Source: Terriglobia bacterium
Lineage (GTDB): Bacteria > Acidobacteriota > Terriglobia > JAJPHL01 > JAPKYU01
Length of the DNA stretch: 64,000 bases
Assembly (NCBI GenBank): GCA_965223005.1
Contig: CBDCVK010000010.1
Coordinates: 832,001 to 896,000, forward strand
Direction of reading: 5' to 3'
Below are positions 1-9,691 of this stretch, piece by piece. The position numbers were made by a program, and so were the translations under genes. Below the pieces are notes generated by a model. It was given only the letters and a program-made list of their open reading frames with translations. It was not told where the DNA came from and ran no database searches. Every line of letters starts with the position of its first letter. The stretch's first letter is position 1.

Positions 1-5
1 CGAGC

Positions 6-1625
6 ATGGCGGATTTGATCACATCGTTATCCCAACAACCGGACACGGGGCCCGAGTTGCGGGAGCGGGTCCGTCTGTTGCGCGACGGTGTCGTGAATAA
101 CCTGGGCTTCGTCGTCTCCGGGGTTGTCGGCCTGATCTTGATCCCCATACTGCTTGGGAGCTTGGGAGCAGAGTTGATTGCGGCGCAGGCCGTGGCCGGC
201 CTCGCGGCGATCTTCGATCCCGGCCTAAACTGGAGCGTAACCCGCGAGGTGGGAGCGGTCGGCAACGGGGAAGTCCCCGAGGAAACGGCGCGGTTCGTAC
301 GAACTTCGGCGACCGCCTATTTGCTGATCGGAGCCCTCGGCGCCCTGGTGGTCGGCTGCCTTGGTCTGGTGATGCGCGACCGACTCCACCTCTCGCCGGA
401 GAGCCAGAAGATTGCGCTGGCGGTTTTCGGCCTGACTGGCCTGAGCTTCTTGTTCACTCAGTTAGTTGTCTTTGCTCAGTGCGTGCTGGGTGGCCTACGC
501 CGATTCGATGCCATCAGCCTGATTCAGGTCAGCTCTGACTTGTTGCGTGCGGCAGGGATCATCGCGCTGCTCCGATGGGGCCAGGGTCTGGTTTGGGTGG
601 TGGGGTGGCAGGTTCTCGTGAGTTCGGTGACCGCGCTGGCAGCGCTGGCGACAATCGGCCATCTTCGCCCCGGGCTCCAGATGCGCCCGACTCGCCTCCA
701 CTGGCCTGTGCTGCGCGCCCATCTGCCCTTCAGTCTCACCAGCCAGCTCACCACCGGTGCCCAGTGGGTCCTTTGGGATGCTGCGCCGGTGTTGATCGGA
801 CTGGTGCGGGGCTCCGCCTCGATCGTTCCCTATCACGTCGGGCTGAAGTTTCCCGCAACCGTAACGGGAATCACCTGGCGGGTGGCGGAAGTTTTCTTTC
901 CCTCAGCCAGCGAACGGTCCCGAAAGCAGGGCTTGGCCGGTACCTGGAATCTCATCCAGATCGGGACCCGCTGGACCGTTGTTCTGGCGCTTCCCCTTTG
1001 TCTAACTTTGGCGATTCTGGCTCCTAACCTGTTGCAGGCCTGGCTGGGGGAGGTGCCTCCGGGTGCAACCTTGATCCTGCGCGTCACCAGCGTGGGGGTT
1101 CTCGCCGACGCGCTGGGGGTGAGCGCCCTGCAAGTCCTGTGGGATCGGGGTGCTGCGCGAATCGTTCTGGCCGTGGCGGCCAAGGCCGCCGCGATCAACC
1201 TAGCCCTGGCTCTGGTTCTCTTGATTCGCATCGGCGTGGCCGGACCTGCCTGGGCATTTCTTGTTTCGATGGTCTTCAGTTCCGCTACTTTGCTGCGCGC
1301 GGCCTCGCGCCTTTGTGCGGTTGCTCCAGGAAAACTGCTGCTGGATGTTGCCCGGGGACTTCCGCTCCCGGTGATGACGTGCGTGGCGATGGCTTCGACT
1401 ATGGTTTACCTGGCGCCGGCTGGCCGGTGGCCCGGCGTGATTTTGGCTGCAGCTGGCGCAGGGTGCGCCTATGCGCTCACCCTCTACCGTTTTGGAGCAC
1501 GAGAGGAAGAACGACTATTGGCTCGCGAAGCCCTGGGTGTGCCGGCCATCGTAAGCCGCTCGGCACTGCGCGGATTTCGAGGCTGCCTGTCCGGTGTCCT
1601 GGCGTTTCTACGCAGGCGTCTATGA
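6..1625 (+). CDS. Oligosaccharide flippase / polysaccharide biosynthesis membrane protein (Wzx/MOP superfamily)
   Basis: About 12-14 hydrophobic segments; typical Wzx-like stretches (FDPGLNWSVTREVG, LGGLRRFD, VPYHVGLK, GVAGPAWA). Confidence 0.75.
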   Translation: MADLITSLSQQPDTGPELRERVRLLRDGVVNNLGFVVSGVVGLILIPILLGSLGAELIAAQAVAGLAAIFDPGLNWSVTREVGAVGNGEVPEETARFVRTSATAYLLIGALGALVVGCLGLVMRDRLHLSPESQKIALAVFGLTGLSFLFTQLVVFAQCVLGGLRRFDAISLIQVSSDLLRAAGIIALLRWGQGLVWVVGWQVLVSSVTALAALATIGHLRPGLQMRPTRLHWPVLRAHLPFSLTSQLTTGAQWVLWDAAPVLIGLVRGSASIVPYHVGLKFPATVTGITWRVAEVFFPSASERSRKQGLAGTWNLIQIGTRWTVVLALPLCLTLAILAPNLLQAWLGEVPPGATLILRVTSVGVLADALGVSALQVLWDRGAARIVLAVAAKAAAINLALALVLLIRIGVAGPAWAFLVSMVFSSATLLRAASRLCAVAPGKLLLDVARGLPLPVMTCVAMASTMVYLAPAGRWPGVILAAAGAGCAYALTLYRFGAREEERLLAREALGVPAIVSRSALRGFRGCLSGVLAFLRRRL

Positions 1626-2468
1626 AACGATTGCTGCGCCGCATCCCGGCTCTGGTATCGGCCTACCGAGCTGAACACCCTACCCGCCGAATCCCCCGTC
1701 GCCCAGATTTTACAAGAGGAATTCCGCCAGCGTGGCTGGCGCTTCTGGCAGCGAGCGAACCCGCATTTGGTTCTTGCTTTGCCGGACTCATGGCAGAGCT
1801 ATTTAGGATCTCTGTCGAAGAAGGGACGGTACTCGGTATTGAGCTCGATCCGAGGGATTGAAAAGCAATTTCGGGTTTGCCTTGAGCGGTGTGAAACACA
1901 AACAGAGCTGCCTCGATTCCTGGATCGTCTATTCGATCTACACCCGAAGCGATTCAAGGCCAAGGGCGAGCAAGGCGCTTTTCAGGGGCCGGCAAGACGC
2001 AGTTTTTTTGCGGAAATGGCCAGCCGATTTCTGGCCCGCGGGTGGCTCGATTTTTGGCTCCTGAGCTTGAACGGACAGGTGGTGGCTGCAGAATTTGGAT
2101 TTTGCTACCGCCGTGTCTACTCCTACCTGCAAGGCGGCTTTGACCCTGCGTACTCTGCCTACCGGGTGGGTATTGCGTCGCAGGCATTGATATTGCAAGA
2201 ACTGATCCGGCGGGGCATCCGTTGCTATGACTTTCTGGGCGGCGACGAGCACTACAAACTTCGGCTCGGCGCGCAACGGCGCGTCTATTGCAACCTGCGC
2301 TGTGCGAGGCCAGGCAGTCGCGGGGCCTTCTATGCAACGGTAGCCGTGGTTCTGGAAGCAGAAAAGCGCTGGGCCCGGGTGTGGTTGCCGAAGTCCCTCT
2401 GGAGGTCTCTGCGCTGGATTTATCTGCGGCTCCGGCCGCCTGCCTCGTTGGACGAAATCGTAGAATAG
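1622..2468 (+). pseudogene. 5'-truncated CelD/BcsL-type GNAT acetyltransferase joined out of frame to a short N-terminus
   Basis: GNAT-6-like sequence (LPDSWQSYLGSLSKKGR, YLQGGFDPAY, YDFLGGDEHYKLRLG) is open from about 1668 with no proper start. The ATG at 1622, overlapping the flippase TGA, begins MKRLLRRIPALVSAYR in a different frame. Confidence 0.6.
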
Positions 2469-2580
2469 CCGAAGCTCCGACGCGCGCGGCCTGAGGCCCG
2501 TGTACTAGGGCCGCTCGCCGGAGCCGACGACTTCTTCGATGGAGTTTGCTCTCCTGTTTGCTGTCCGCTAGGCCGTTCAG

Positions 2581-3900
2581 CTACAGAATCGGCTCTTCCC
2601 AGTTCTCCAGGGTCTTCTTCACGTAGGCCATGAACTGGTCGGCCAACACTCCGTCAACCACCCGATGGTCGTAGCCGAGCGAAAGGTACACGATGGAGCG
2701 AATCGCGATGGCGTCGTCAATCACCACCGGCGCCTTGTGGATGTGGCCCACGCCCAGGATGGCGACCTGAGGCTGGCTGATGATGGGTGTGCCGAACAAG
2801 GCGCCCTGGCCGGGGTTGGTGATGGTAAAGGTGCCGTTCTGCACCTCGTCTGGTGAGAGTTTCTTGGCGCGGGCGCGGTCGGCCAGATCGCGGATGGCTT
2901 TGGCTAACCCGAGAAAGTTCTTCTCTTCGGCGTTCTTAATGACAGGGACAATCAGGCCCCACTCGAGCACCACGGCGATGCCCAGGTTGATCTCCTTCTT
3001 GAGGACGATGTTGGTGCCCTCCAGCGAGGAGTTCACGTAGGGAAAGGCCTTCAGGGCAGTCACCGCAGCGCGGGCAATGAAGGGCAGGTAGGTCAGCCTG
3101 ACGCCGTTACGCTGCTCGAACTCCGCCTTGGTCCGCGCGCGCAGCCGAGCAACGCGGCTCATGTCCACATCGAAGACGGTGTGCACGTGCGGGGAAGTGC
3201 GCTTGCTCTCCACCATGTGTTGGGCGATCTTCTGCCGCATGGCGGACATGGGCACCACTCCCACCTGCGCACCGGGAGTCCCCGGAGCCGCAGGCCGAGC
3301 TGCGGTTGGAGCGGCCGCAGGTGGAGGAGGAGTTGGGGCAGCAGGAGCCACGCCACCCTTTCCTGCCTCGATGTAGGCCAGGATGTCTGCCTTGGTGATG
3401 CGCCCGCCAAGGCCGCTTCCAGACACTTGGCTGAGATCCACGGCGTGCTCAGCGGCCATCCGGCGCACCAGCGGGGAGCTGCGCACTTCGGCGGCCCCGG
3501 CCGACGGCTGGGTCCGACGCGGCATTTCGACCACTGCCTCTCGCTCGACGGGAGCGGGTGGCGCCGACGGGGGTGCGGCCGCTGGGGGCGCAGGCGCCGC
3601 CGTCGGCGGCGGAGGCGCAGCTTTGGGTTCGGCGGCCTTGGCGGGTTGCGCCGCTGCCGCACCTTCTTCCTCGATCTCGGCCACCACGGTGTTGATCTGC
3701 ACCGTCTCTCCCTCAGGCACCAGCACCCGAGACAGCACGCCTGCGGCGGGGGAGGGAATTTCGGCGTCCACCTTATCGGTGGAGATTTCAAACAACGCTT
3801 CATCCCGCTGCACCGTCTCTCCGGGCTTCTTCAACCACCGGGTAATGGTTCCCTCGAAGATGCTCTCCCCCATCTGGGGCATGATCACGTTGGTCGGCAT
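2581..3900 (-). CDS. sucB: 2-oxoacid dehydrogenase E2 (dihydrolipoamide acyl/succinyltransferase), one lipoyl domain
   Basis: Lipoyl motif EISTDKVDAEI, E3-binding domain (SPLVRRMA...GSGLGGRITKADI), catalytic DHRVVDG; acyl specificity not certain. Confidence 0.85.
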   Translation of the reverse strand: MPTNVIMPQMGESIFEGTITRWLKKPGETVQRDEALFEISTDKVDAEIPSPAAGVLSRVLVPEGETVQINTVVAEIEEEGAAAAQPAKAAEPKAAPPPPTAAPAPPAAAPPSAPPAPVEREAVVEMPRRTQPSAGAAEVRSSPLVRRMAAEHAVDLSQVSGSGLGGRITKADILAYIEAGKGGVAPAAPTPPPPAAAPTAARPAAPGTPGAQVGVVPMSAMRQKIAQHMVESKRTSPHVHTVFDVDMSRVARLRARTKAEFEQRNGVRLTYLPFIARAAVTALKAFPYVNSSLEGTNIVLKKEINLGIAVVLEWGLIVPVIKNAEEKNFLGLAKAIRDLADRARAKKLSPDEVQNGTFTITNPGQGALFGTPIISQPQVAILGVGHIHKAPVVIDDAIAIRSIVYLSLGYDHRVVDGVLADQFMAYVKKTLENWEEPIL

Positions 3901-4054
3901 GGCAATGTTTCCTGCTTTGGATTTGGCGTCAGTATGGCGTCAGTATATCGTAGCGACAGTTGAAAGCCAGTACCGTTCCAACTTTCCTTGGCGCTCTGCA
4001 GCTAGGTGGAATACATAGACAAACAAGTTGGAACGGCACCAGCAACGATCCCCC

Positions 4055-4735
4055 TCACCGATCGGCAGACAGAGCTTCGGCCCTGGCCGCGGGCCGTGGG
4101 GTTGGGCTAAGGGCCGCCGGCCTCGGTGGAGCATACTGCCGCTGGAATTCGCGCACTACCACCTGCTTGACGGCCTGCATTGTGGGAGGCGCGATCAGAA
4201 TCTGATCAATCGACGTGACGCCGTAATCGTGAATCCCACAGGGCACAATAAATTGGAAATAGCGCAGGTCGGGGTCCACGTTGAGCGCGAAGCCGTGCGA
4301 GGTAATCCAGCGGCTGATGTGCACGCCGATGGCGGCAATCTTCCGCTCGCCCACCCACACCCCGGTGAACCCCGTGCGGCGCCCGGCCGCGATGCCGAAT
4401 TCGGCCAGCGCGGCGATCAGGGCCCCCTCCAGAGAGCGGACATACCAAACGACGTCTTTGCGGATGACTCCCAGGTCCAGAATCGGGTAGCCGACCAACT
4501 GGCCCGGCCCGTGGTAGGTGATGTCGCCGCCCCGGTTGGTCGTGTGCAGCTCCACCTCCGGCGGCAAGGCCAGCAGGTGCTCGCGCCTGGCGGTACGACC
4601 TAGCGTGAAGACGTGCGGGTGCTCCAGCAGCAGCAACGTGTCGGAGATTTCGCCCGCTCGCCGGCGCTCCACCAGTCGGCGCTGCAGTTCGGCCGCCTCG
4701 GCGTAGCCGACGGTTCCGAGGTCCTCGACGGTCAT
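4055..4735 (-). CDS. lipB: Lipoyl(octanoyl) transferase
   Basis: LLEHPHVFTLG, RGGDITYHGPGQLVGYPI, KIAAIG, HGFALN, IVPCGI motifs. Confidence 0.95.
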   Translation of the reverse strand: MTVEDLGTVGYAEAAELQRRLVERRRAGEISDTLLLLEHPHVFTLGRTARREHLLALPPEVELHTTNRGGDITYHGPGQLVGYPILDLGVIRKDVVWYVRSLEGALIAALAEFGIAAGRRTGFTGVWVGERKIAAIGVHISRWITSHGFALNVDPDLRYFQFIVPCGIHDYGVTSIDQILIAPPTMQAVKQVVVREFQRQYAPPRPAALSPTPRPAARAEALSADR

Positions 4736-4757
4736 GGTAAGGAATTGATGAGCATGG

Positions 4758-6161
4758 TCAGGAATTGATGGCCATCCGATAGACGGCGTTGCCGGCGTCG
4801 AACATGGCTTCGGCCAGCGTGGGGTGGGCGTGAATCGTGTACATGAACTCTTCCACGGTGGCTTCCAGCTCCAGCGCCATCACCGCTTCGGCAATCATCT
4901 CGGTGGCCAGCGGCCCGATGATGTGGACCCCGAGCAGCTCGCCGTACTTCTCATCGGCCACAATTTTCACAAAGCCGTCGTGTTGGCCGAGGATGGAAGC
5001 GCGGCTGTTGGCCCCAAAGCTGAACTTGCCCGTTTTCACCTTGTAGCCACGCTCCCGTGCCTGGGCTTCGGTGAGTCCGACGCTGGCGATTTCCGGGTGG
5101 CAGTAGGTGCAACCAGGAATGCGCTCCCGGTTCACCGCCTTGACCGGCTTGCCGGCTGAGTGGGTTACTGCCACGATGCCCTGCATGGATGCCACGTGCG
5201 CCAGTTGCGGCATTCCGGCAACGATGTCGCCGATGGCGTAGAGCCCCGGCTCCTCGGTCTGCTGGTATTGGTTGATGTGGATGAAGCCGCGTTCCACGCG
5301 GGCCCGCGTCTGGTCGAGGCCCATGTTTTCCGTGTTGGGCCTGCGGCCCACCGCCACCAGCACGGTCTCGGCCTCGACCGCTTGGCTCTTGCCGTTCGCA
5401 GTGAACTCCACACGCACCTGCGGTGAGGTGGTGACTTTCTCCACCCGGGCCCCAGTGTGCACCCGGATCTTTTGCTTCTTGAACAGGCGCTCGAGTTCGC
5501 GAGAAATCTCCTCGTCTTCTACGGGGACCACCCGCGGCAGCATCTCCAGCAGGGTAACCTCGGTTCCAAAGACGCGGTAGATGGAGGCGAACTCGACGCC
5601 CACCGCCCCGGCTCCGATGATGATCATGCTTGCTGGAATGTGCTTCAGCTCCAGGACCTCGCGGTTCGTGAGGATGCGCTCGGGGTCCGCTGTCAGTCCC
5701 GGCAGCAGGCGCGCTCCCGAGCCGGTGGCCAGCACGATGGCGCGGGCGCTGAGTTCCTTGGCACCGCCGCGACCCTCGCTTTCCACCACCACTCGTCCGG
5801 ATCCCGCCAGCCGGCCCCACCCCCGGAAGGTCTCCACCTTGTTCTTCTGCAGCAGAAACTTCACTCCCTGGGCGTGTTTCTTGACCACGCGGTCCCTGCG
5901 TGCCTGCACGGCGCTCCACTCCAGTTTCGGCTCTCCGCACTGGATGCCGTATTCCTTGGCCTCCAGGACGTGCTGGAAAACTTCGGCGTTGTGTAGCAGC
6001 GCCTTGGTGGGGATGCAACCGACGTGCAGGCAGGTGCCACCGAACTTGTCGTCCTTCTCGACGAGCGCCGCCTTCAGCCCGAGCTGGGTGGCGCGGATGG
6101 CGGCCACGTACCCTCCGGGTCCGCTTCCAATGACCACAACGTCATAGTCGTTCGCTGGCAT
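4758..6161 (-). CDS. lpdA: Dihydrolipoyl dehydrogenase (E3); start reset to ATG 6161 (MPANDYDVVVIG)
   Basis: GSGPGG FAD motif, GGTCLHVGCIPTK redox disulfide, GAGAVGVE NAD motif, HAHPTLAE. Confidence 0.95.
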   Translation of the reverse strand: MPANDYDVVVIGSGPGGYVAAIRATQLGLKAALVEKDDKFGGTCLHVGCIPTKALLHNAEVFQHVLEAKEYGIQCGEPKLEWSAVQARRDRVVKKHAQGVKFLLQKNKVETFRGWGRLAGSGRVVVESEGRGGAKELSARAIVLATGSGARLLPGLTADPERILTNREVLELKHIPASMIIIGAGAVGVEFASIYRVFGTEVTLLEMLPRVVPVEDEEISRELERLFKKQKIRVHTGARVEKVTTSPQVRVEFTANGKSQAVEAETVLVAVGRRPNTENMGLDQTRARVERGFIHINQYQQTEEPGLYAIGDIVAGMPQLAHVASMQGIVAVTHSAGKPVKAVNRERIPGCTYCHPEIASVGLTEAQARERGYKVKTGKFSFGANSRASILGQHDGFVKIVADEKYGELLGVHIIGPLATEMIAEAVMALELEATVEEFMYTIHAHPTLAEAMFDAGNAVYRMAINS

Positions 6162-6235
6162 GGCAAAAAGGCAACCGCGATGATAGCACAGCGCCACGCG
6201 CAACCGGCTAAGCCAACCGCCCGCGAGCCGGGGGC

Positions 6236-6376
6236 CTATCGTTCGAGAATCGCGGAGAACAGCAGGAAAAACAGGAGGAGTCCTCCTACCAGCAGGACCA
6301 GGCAGCCGATCAGTCGGCCTTTGCTGCCGGTGGTGACCTCTTTCTTGCGGGCCCGGGGCGGTTTCCACTTCCCCAC
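6236..6376 (-). CDS. Putative 46-aa single-pass membrane protein (MGKWKPPRARKKEVTTGSKGRLIGCLVLLVGGLLLFFLLFSAILER)
   Basis: GTG at 6376; basic N-terminus followed by one strongly hydrophobic helix; fills the gap upstream of lpdA on the same strand. Confidence 0.5.
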   Translation of the reverse strand: MGKWKPPRARKKEVTTGSKGRLIGCLVLLVGGLLLFFLLFSAILER

Positions 6377-6487
6377 GCCATCATTATACGAGGTAACCAC
6401 ATTCGAGGTAACCGCGGCGGGGTGGGGCACGTCCCACGTTCGACACAGTAGTGTGTGTCGGAATCCCCCTGAAGTAGGGAGACAGGT

Positions 6488-7465
6488 ATGCGAATCATTC
6501 CCGGTATGCGAATCATTCAAGGAGCCATCCTGGTTGCCCTGGTAGCGGTTACGGGGCTGCTCTATTCGATCCGAACTCAGATGACGCCGCCCGCCCCGAC
6601 GGTCGAGGTCGCGCAAACCGTGCCAGCGCCGCAGGGGCTGGCCACCGAGGAGTTGATAGGGGTCCAGCCCGCCGTGGCGCAGCCCGCTGTAAGACGGGCC
6701 GTAACACGGGCGGTCGCGCCCACGCCGCCGCGACGGGCTCCGGCACGCAGGCGCACCGCGACTCCGGCCCCGCGCTGGCCGGTACCGGCGCCGCCCGAGC
6801 CATATCCGGATCAGGACCCTGCACCTGCTCCAGTCTTCCGTCCTCCGGTCGCCCGCGTAGCCCAGCCGGCCCCACCGCCACCGCCGGCGACGCGGGTCGT
6901 GACCGTGCCGGCGGGGACCGTCATCACGGTTCGCCTGGTGGATGGAGTCAGCTCGAAGCACAATCGCCCAGGGGATACCTTCCAGGGGACACTGGAGGAG
7001 CCGCTGGCGGCTGAGGGTCTGGTGGTTGCTGAGCGGAACGCTAACGTTTTTGGGCGCGTCGTGGACACCCAGAAGTCCGGGCGCGTTTCCGGGCGGGCGG
7101 AGATGGCGCTGGAACTGGACCGCCTGCAGACAGTTGGCGGCGAGGTCCGCATCGCCAGCGATACCATGATCCGGCGCGCGGATGCCAGCAAAGGCAAGGA
7201 CGCTGCGAAGGTAGGCATCATGGCCGGCATCGGCGCGGCCATTGGGGCAATTGCCGGAGGTCGTAAAGGCGCTGGTGTCGGAGCCGCCGCAGGCGGCGCC
7301 GCCGGCACCGGGACGGTGCTGGCGACGCGGGGCAAACCGGTGGAGTTCCCCCCGGAGAGTCGGCTCACCTTCCGGCTCCGCGCCCCGATCACGGTGACGT
7401 TGGACGCGGATCGAGCTCGCCCGACGGGCTACGAGGGCCGCCCTCGGCTGGAACGCCGCTATTAG
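6488..7465 (+). CDS. Membrane-anchored Pro-rich protein with TrbI/VirB10-like beta domain and glycine zipper
   Basis: N-terminal hydrophobic anchor, Pro/Arg linker, VTVPAGTVITVRL...GDTF, glycine zipper AGIGAAIGAIAGG..GAGVGAAAGG; alternative start 6506. Confidence 0.7.
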   Translation: MRIIPGMRIIQGAILVALVAVTGLLYSIRTQMTPPAPTVEVAQTVPAPQGLATEELIGVQPAVAQPAVRRAVTRAVAPTPPRRAPARRRTATPAPRWPVPAPPEPYPDQDPAPAPVFRPPVARVAQPAPPPPPATRVVTVPAGTVITVRLVDGVSSKHNRPGDTFQGTLEEPLAAEGLVVAERNANVFGRVVDTQKSGRVSGRAEMALELDRLQTVGGEVRIASDTMIRRADASKGKDAAKVGIMAGIGAAIGAIAGGRKGAGVGAAAGGAAGTGTVLATRGKPVEFPPESRLTFRLRAPITVTLDADRARPTGYEGRPRLERRY

Positions 7466-7510
7466 TACCGATTAAGGCGCGGACGTAAGACAAGGCGCCC
7501 TTGGTGTGAC

Positions 7511-7530
7511 GACAGGCCTCCCGGCCTGTC
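7511..7530. repeat. REP-like palindrome GACAGGCC-TCCC-GGCCTGTC inside a longer imperfect hairpin
   Basis: Perfect 8-bp stem in the intergenic region between convergent genes. Confidence 0.5.
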
Positions 7531-7628
7531 TGCCGCACCGGGTGCCGCTTGTTTTTCCCCGTGATCCAATGGACCGGCCTAATGGACAGGCCTAGTGGAT
7601 GGAGAAGATATCTGTCCCCAGCACCGAG

Positions 7629-8081
7629 TCAGCGGCCAGATCTTGACCTTCGCACTTTGGACCTTGGGCGTTGGACCTTGGACCGCCTGGGCATTTTCCC
7701 GAATACTTGACCCGCCACCACCAACGCTTCCCAGGCTGCGGGAAAGCCGGCGTAGGGCGCCAGTTGCAGCAAGGTTTCCAGCACTTCTTCGCGGGAGGCG
7801 CCGTTGTTCAGCGCCATGCGGATGTTCAGCGCTAGCCCATCTTTCCTTCCCAAGGCCCCCAGCGCGGCCACTGTCACCAGCGAGCGCAGTTTCAGAGGCA
7901 GGCGGGGCCGGGTCCAGATCTCTCCCGCTAGAAACCCCACCACGTAGCGTTCAAAGTCCGGCTCCAGCGCCCGCCAGGCCCGGCGCAGCTCGTCAGTAAA
8001 TTCCGCGCCGAGCATCCGGCGCATCATTTTTTCTCCACGACGAATCTGTTTTTCTCCGCGACGAATGTTCGCTTTTTGCAT
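7629..8081 (-). CDS. Carboxymuconolactone decarboxylase (CMD/AhpD) family protein
   Basis: GEIWTRPRLPLKLRSLVTVAAL...ALNNGASREEVLETLLQLAPYAGFPAA. Confidence 0.85.
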   Translation of the reverse strand: MQKANIRRGEKQIRRGEKMMRRMLGAEFTDELRRAWRALEPDFERYVVGFLAGEIWTRPRLPLKLRSLVTVAALGALGRKDGLALNIRMALNNGASREEVLETLLQLAPYAGFPAAWEALVVAGQVFGKMPRRSKVQRPRSKVRRSRSGR

Positions 8082-8141
8082 GGCTCTCGAAATGGTGCCT
8101 TTCCTAACACCACGAGAAGGGCCGGGGCTAGGCCTGTGGGG

Positions 8142-8426
8142 CTAAGCCTTGTAAGCTGGAGTAATCTGGGTGAACTCGAAGTCGCGCGGCTCCAGGTTGG
8201 CCTGCTGGAGTTGCTGGATGCATTCCTGGACCGTGTCGGCAACGGCGCGAATGCGCCGCAGCTTGAACTGGATCACCGGCGTCCCCTGCTCCTCCTCCAA
8301 CCTGGGGGGCGTGTACAACTCCAGCGCCATCCACTTGCCGGCGTATTGGAGCCGCTCGGGAATGCTGAGGTCTTCCGGGGCCCGACCAACGATCGGCTTT
8401 GCGTTTATCCTGATCACGAAGTTCAA
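8142..8426 (-). CDS. Small hypothetical protein
   Basis: Protein-like composition (GKWMALELYTPP, LEPRDFEF) and coding-type GC3; start uncertain. Confidence 0.6.
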   Translation of the reverse strand: MNFVIRINAKPIVGRAPEDLSIPERLQYAGKWMALELYTPPRLEEEQGTPVIQFKLRRIRAVADTVQECIQQLQQANLEPRDFEFTQITPAYKA

Positions 8427-8559
8427 CGCCTTTCCTGAACCGCGTTCACAAGGCGGTCCGGCAGAGGTGCTATTCTACAACGGGTCGAGGCGTCGCGCAG
8501 CCTGGCAGGCGAGATCGATTGGCAGCTCGGACGAATGAGGCGGCTGATTCGATGAATCC

Positions 8560-9546
8560 ATGACTCAATTCGGAAAGCTTCCTCCCCACGTGCTGGCCCG
8601 GCTGCTGGAGCGCATTCCGGCCGGGGACCCGCGGGTGGTGCTGGGCCCGCGGGTAGGCGAGGACGCCGCTGTGCTGGATTTTGGCGACCGCTACCTGGTG
8701 GCCAAGTCCGATCCCATCACCTTTACTGCTGAACGGATCGGCTGGTACGCCGTGCAGGTGAACGCCAACGACCTGGCGACTCTGGGCGCGCGGCCACGCT
8801 GGTTTCTGCTGACCTTGCTGCTGCCCAACAACGACGCGGCGATGGTGGAGGCCATCTTTGCCGACGTGCTGGCCGCCTGCGCCGAACTGGGGGTGGCGCT
8901 GTGCGGTGGGCACACCGAGACTACCCCAGGGTTGGACCGGCCCATTGCAGCGGGACAGATGTTGGGTGAGGTCGAGAAGGAACGGCTGGTGCGGAAGCAG
9001 CGAATTCGCCCCGGCGACGCGGTGCTGCTGACCCGCGGGGTAGCTCTGGAAGGCACGGCCATCCTGGCACGCGAGAAAGCCGAGCAACTGGCGGGCCGCC
9101 TGGATGCCACCGTGCTGGGCCGCGCTCGTGATCTACTTTTCCGCCCTGGCATCAGCGTGGTCGCCGACGCGCTGGCCGCAGCGGACGCTGCCCCCGTTCA
9201 CGGCATGCACGATCCCACCGAGGGTGGCCTGTTAGGTGGCCTATACGAACTGGCCCAGGTGGCCGGTGTAGGCCTGAGTGTAGAACGAGCGCGCATTCCG
9301 GTGTTGCCTGAGACCGCAGAGCTGTGCGCGGCACTTGGACTCGATCCATTGCGCCTGATTGCATCCGGTTCCTTGCTGATTGTCGTCGCCGAGCCGGATG
9401 TGGACCGGGTCCAACGGGCTCTGGTAGTGCGGGGCACGCCCATAGCGCGCATCGGCCGGGTTACGCAGCCTGAGACGGGGCTGCGGCTGGACGGCCTCCC
9501 CTTCGACTTCCCAGAGTGTGACGAAATCACTCGCGCGCTGAAGTGA
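8560..9546 (+). CDS. AIR synthase-related (PurM/HypE-like) protein
   Basis: GKLPP, GEDAAV, SDPITF, NANDLA, GGHTE, MHDPTEGG, IASGSLL motifs. Confidence 0.85.
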   Translation: MTQFGKLPPHVLARLLERIPAGDPRVVLGPRVGEDAAVLDFGDRYLVAKSDPITFTAERIGWYAVQVNANDLATLGARPRWFLLTLLLPNNDAAMVEAIFADVLAACAELGVALCGGHTETTPGLDRPIAAGQMLGEVEKERLVRKQRIRPGDAVLLTRGVALEGTAILAREKAEQLAGRLDATVLGRARDLLFRPGISVVADALAAADAAPVHGMHDPTEGGLLGGLYELAQVAGVGLSVERARIPVLPETAELCAALGLDPLRLIASGSLLIVVAEPDVDRVQRALVVRGTPIARIGRVTQPETGLRLDGLPFDFPECDEITRALK

Positions 9547-9691
9547 AGGACCCCGAACTGGCGAGCCCTGACGCCGATCGGGTGTCCTTTAGTGAACTGG
9601 TCTCGCACTCCGAACCTCTGGATAGCTGGGGGAGAGAATTGTATGATTAGCATGCTCCATCTACATCATTCCCGAAGCGTGGGTTGGGCCG

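Noticed and set aside
3940-4134. Short ORF containing YVFHLAA between lipB and the E2 gene
   Set aside because: It overlaps lipB and has only one short motif, too little to call a gene or pseudogene
8560-9546. hypE / hydrogenase maturation call
   Set aside because: There is no C-terminal PRIC motif and no hyp neighbours; kept as AIR synthase-related
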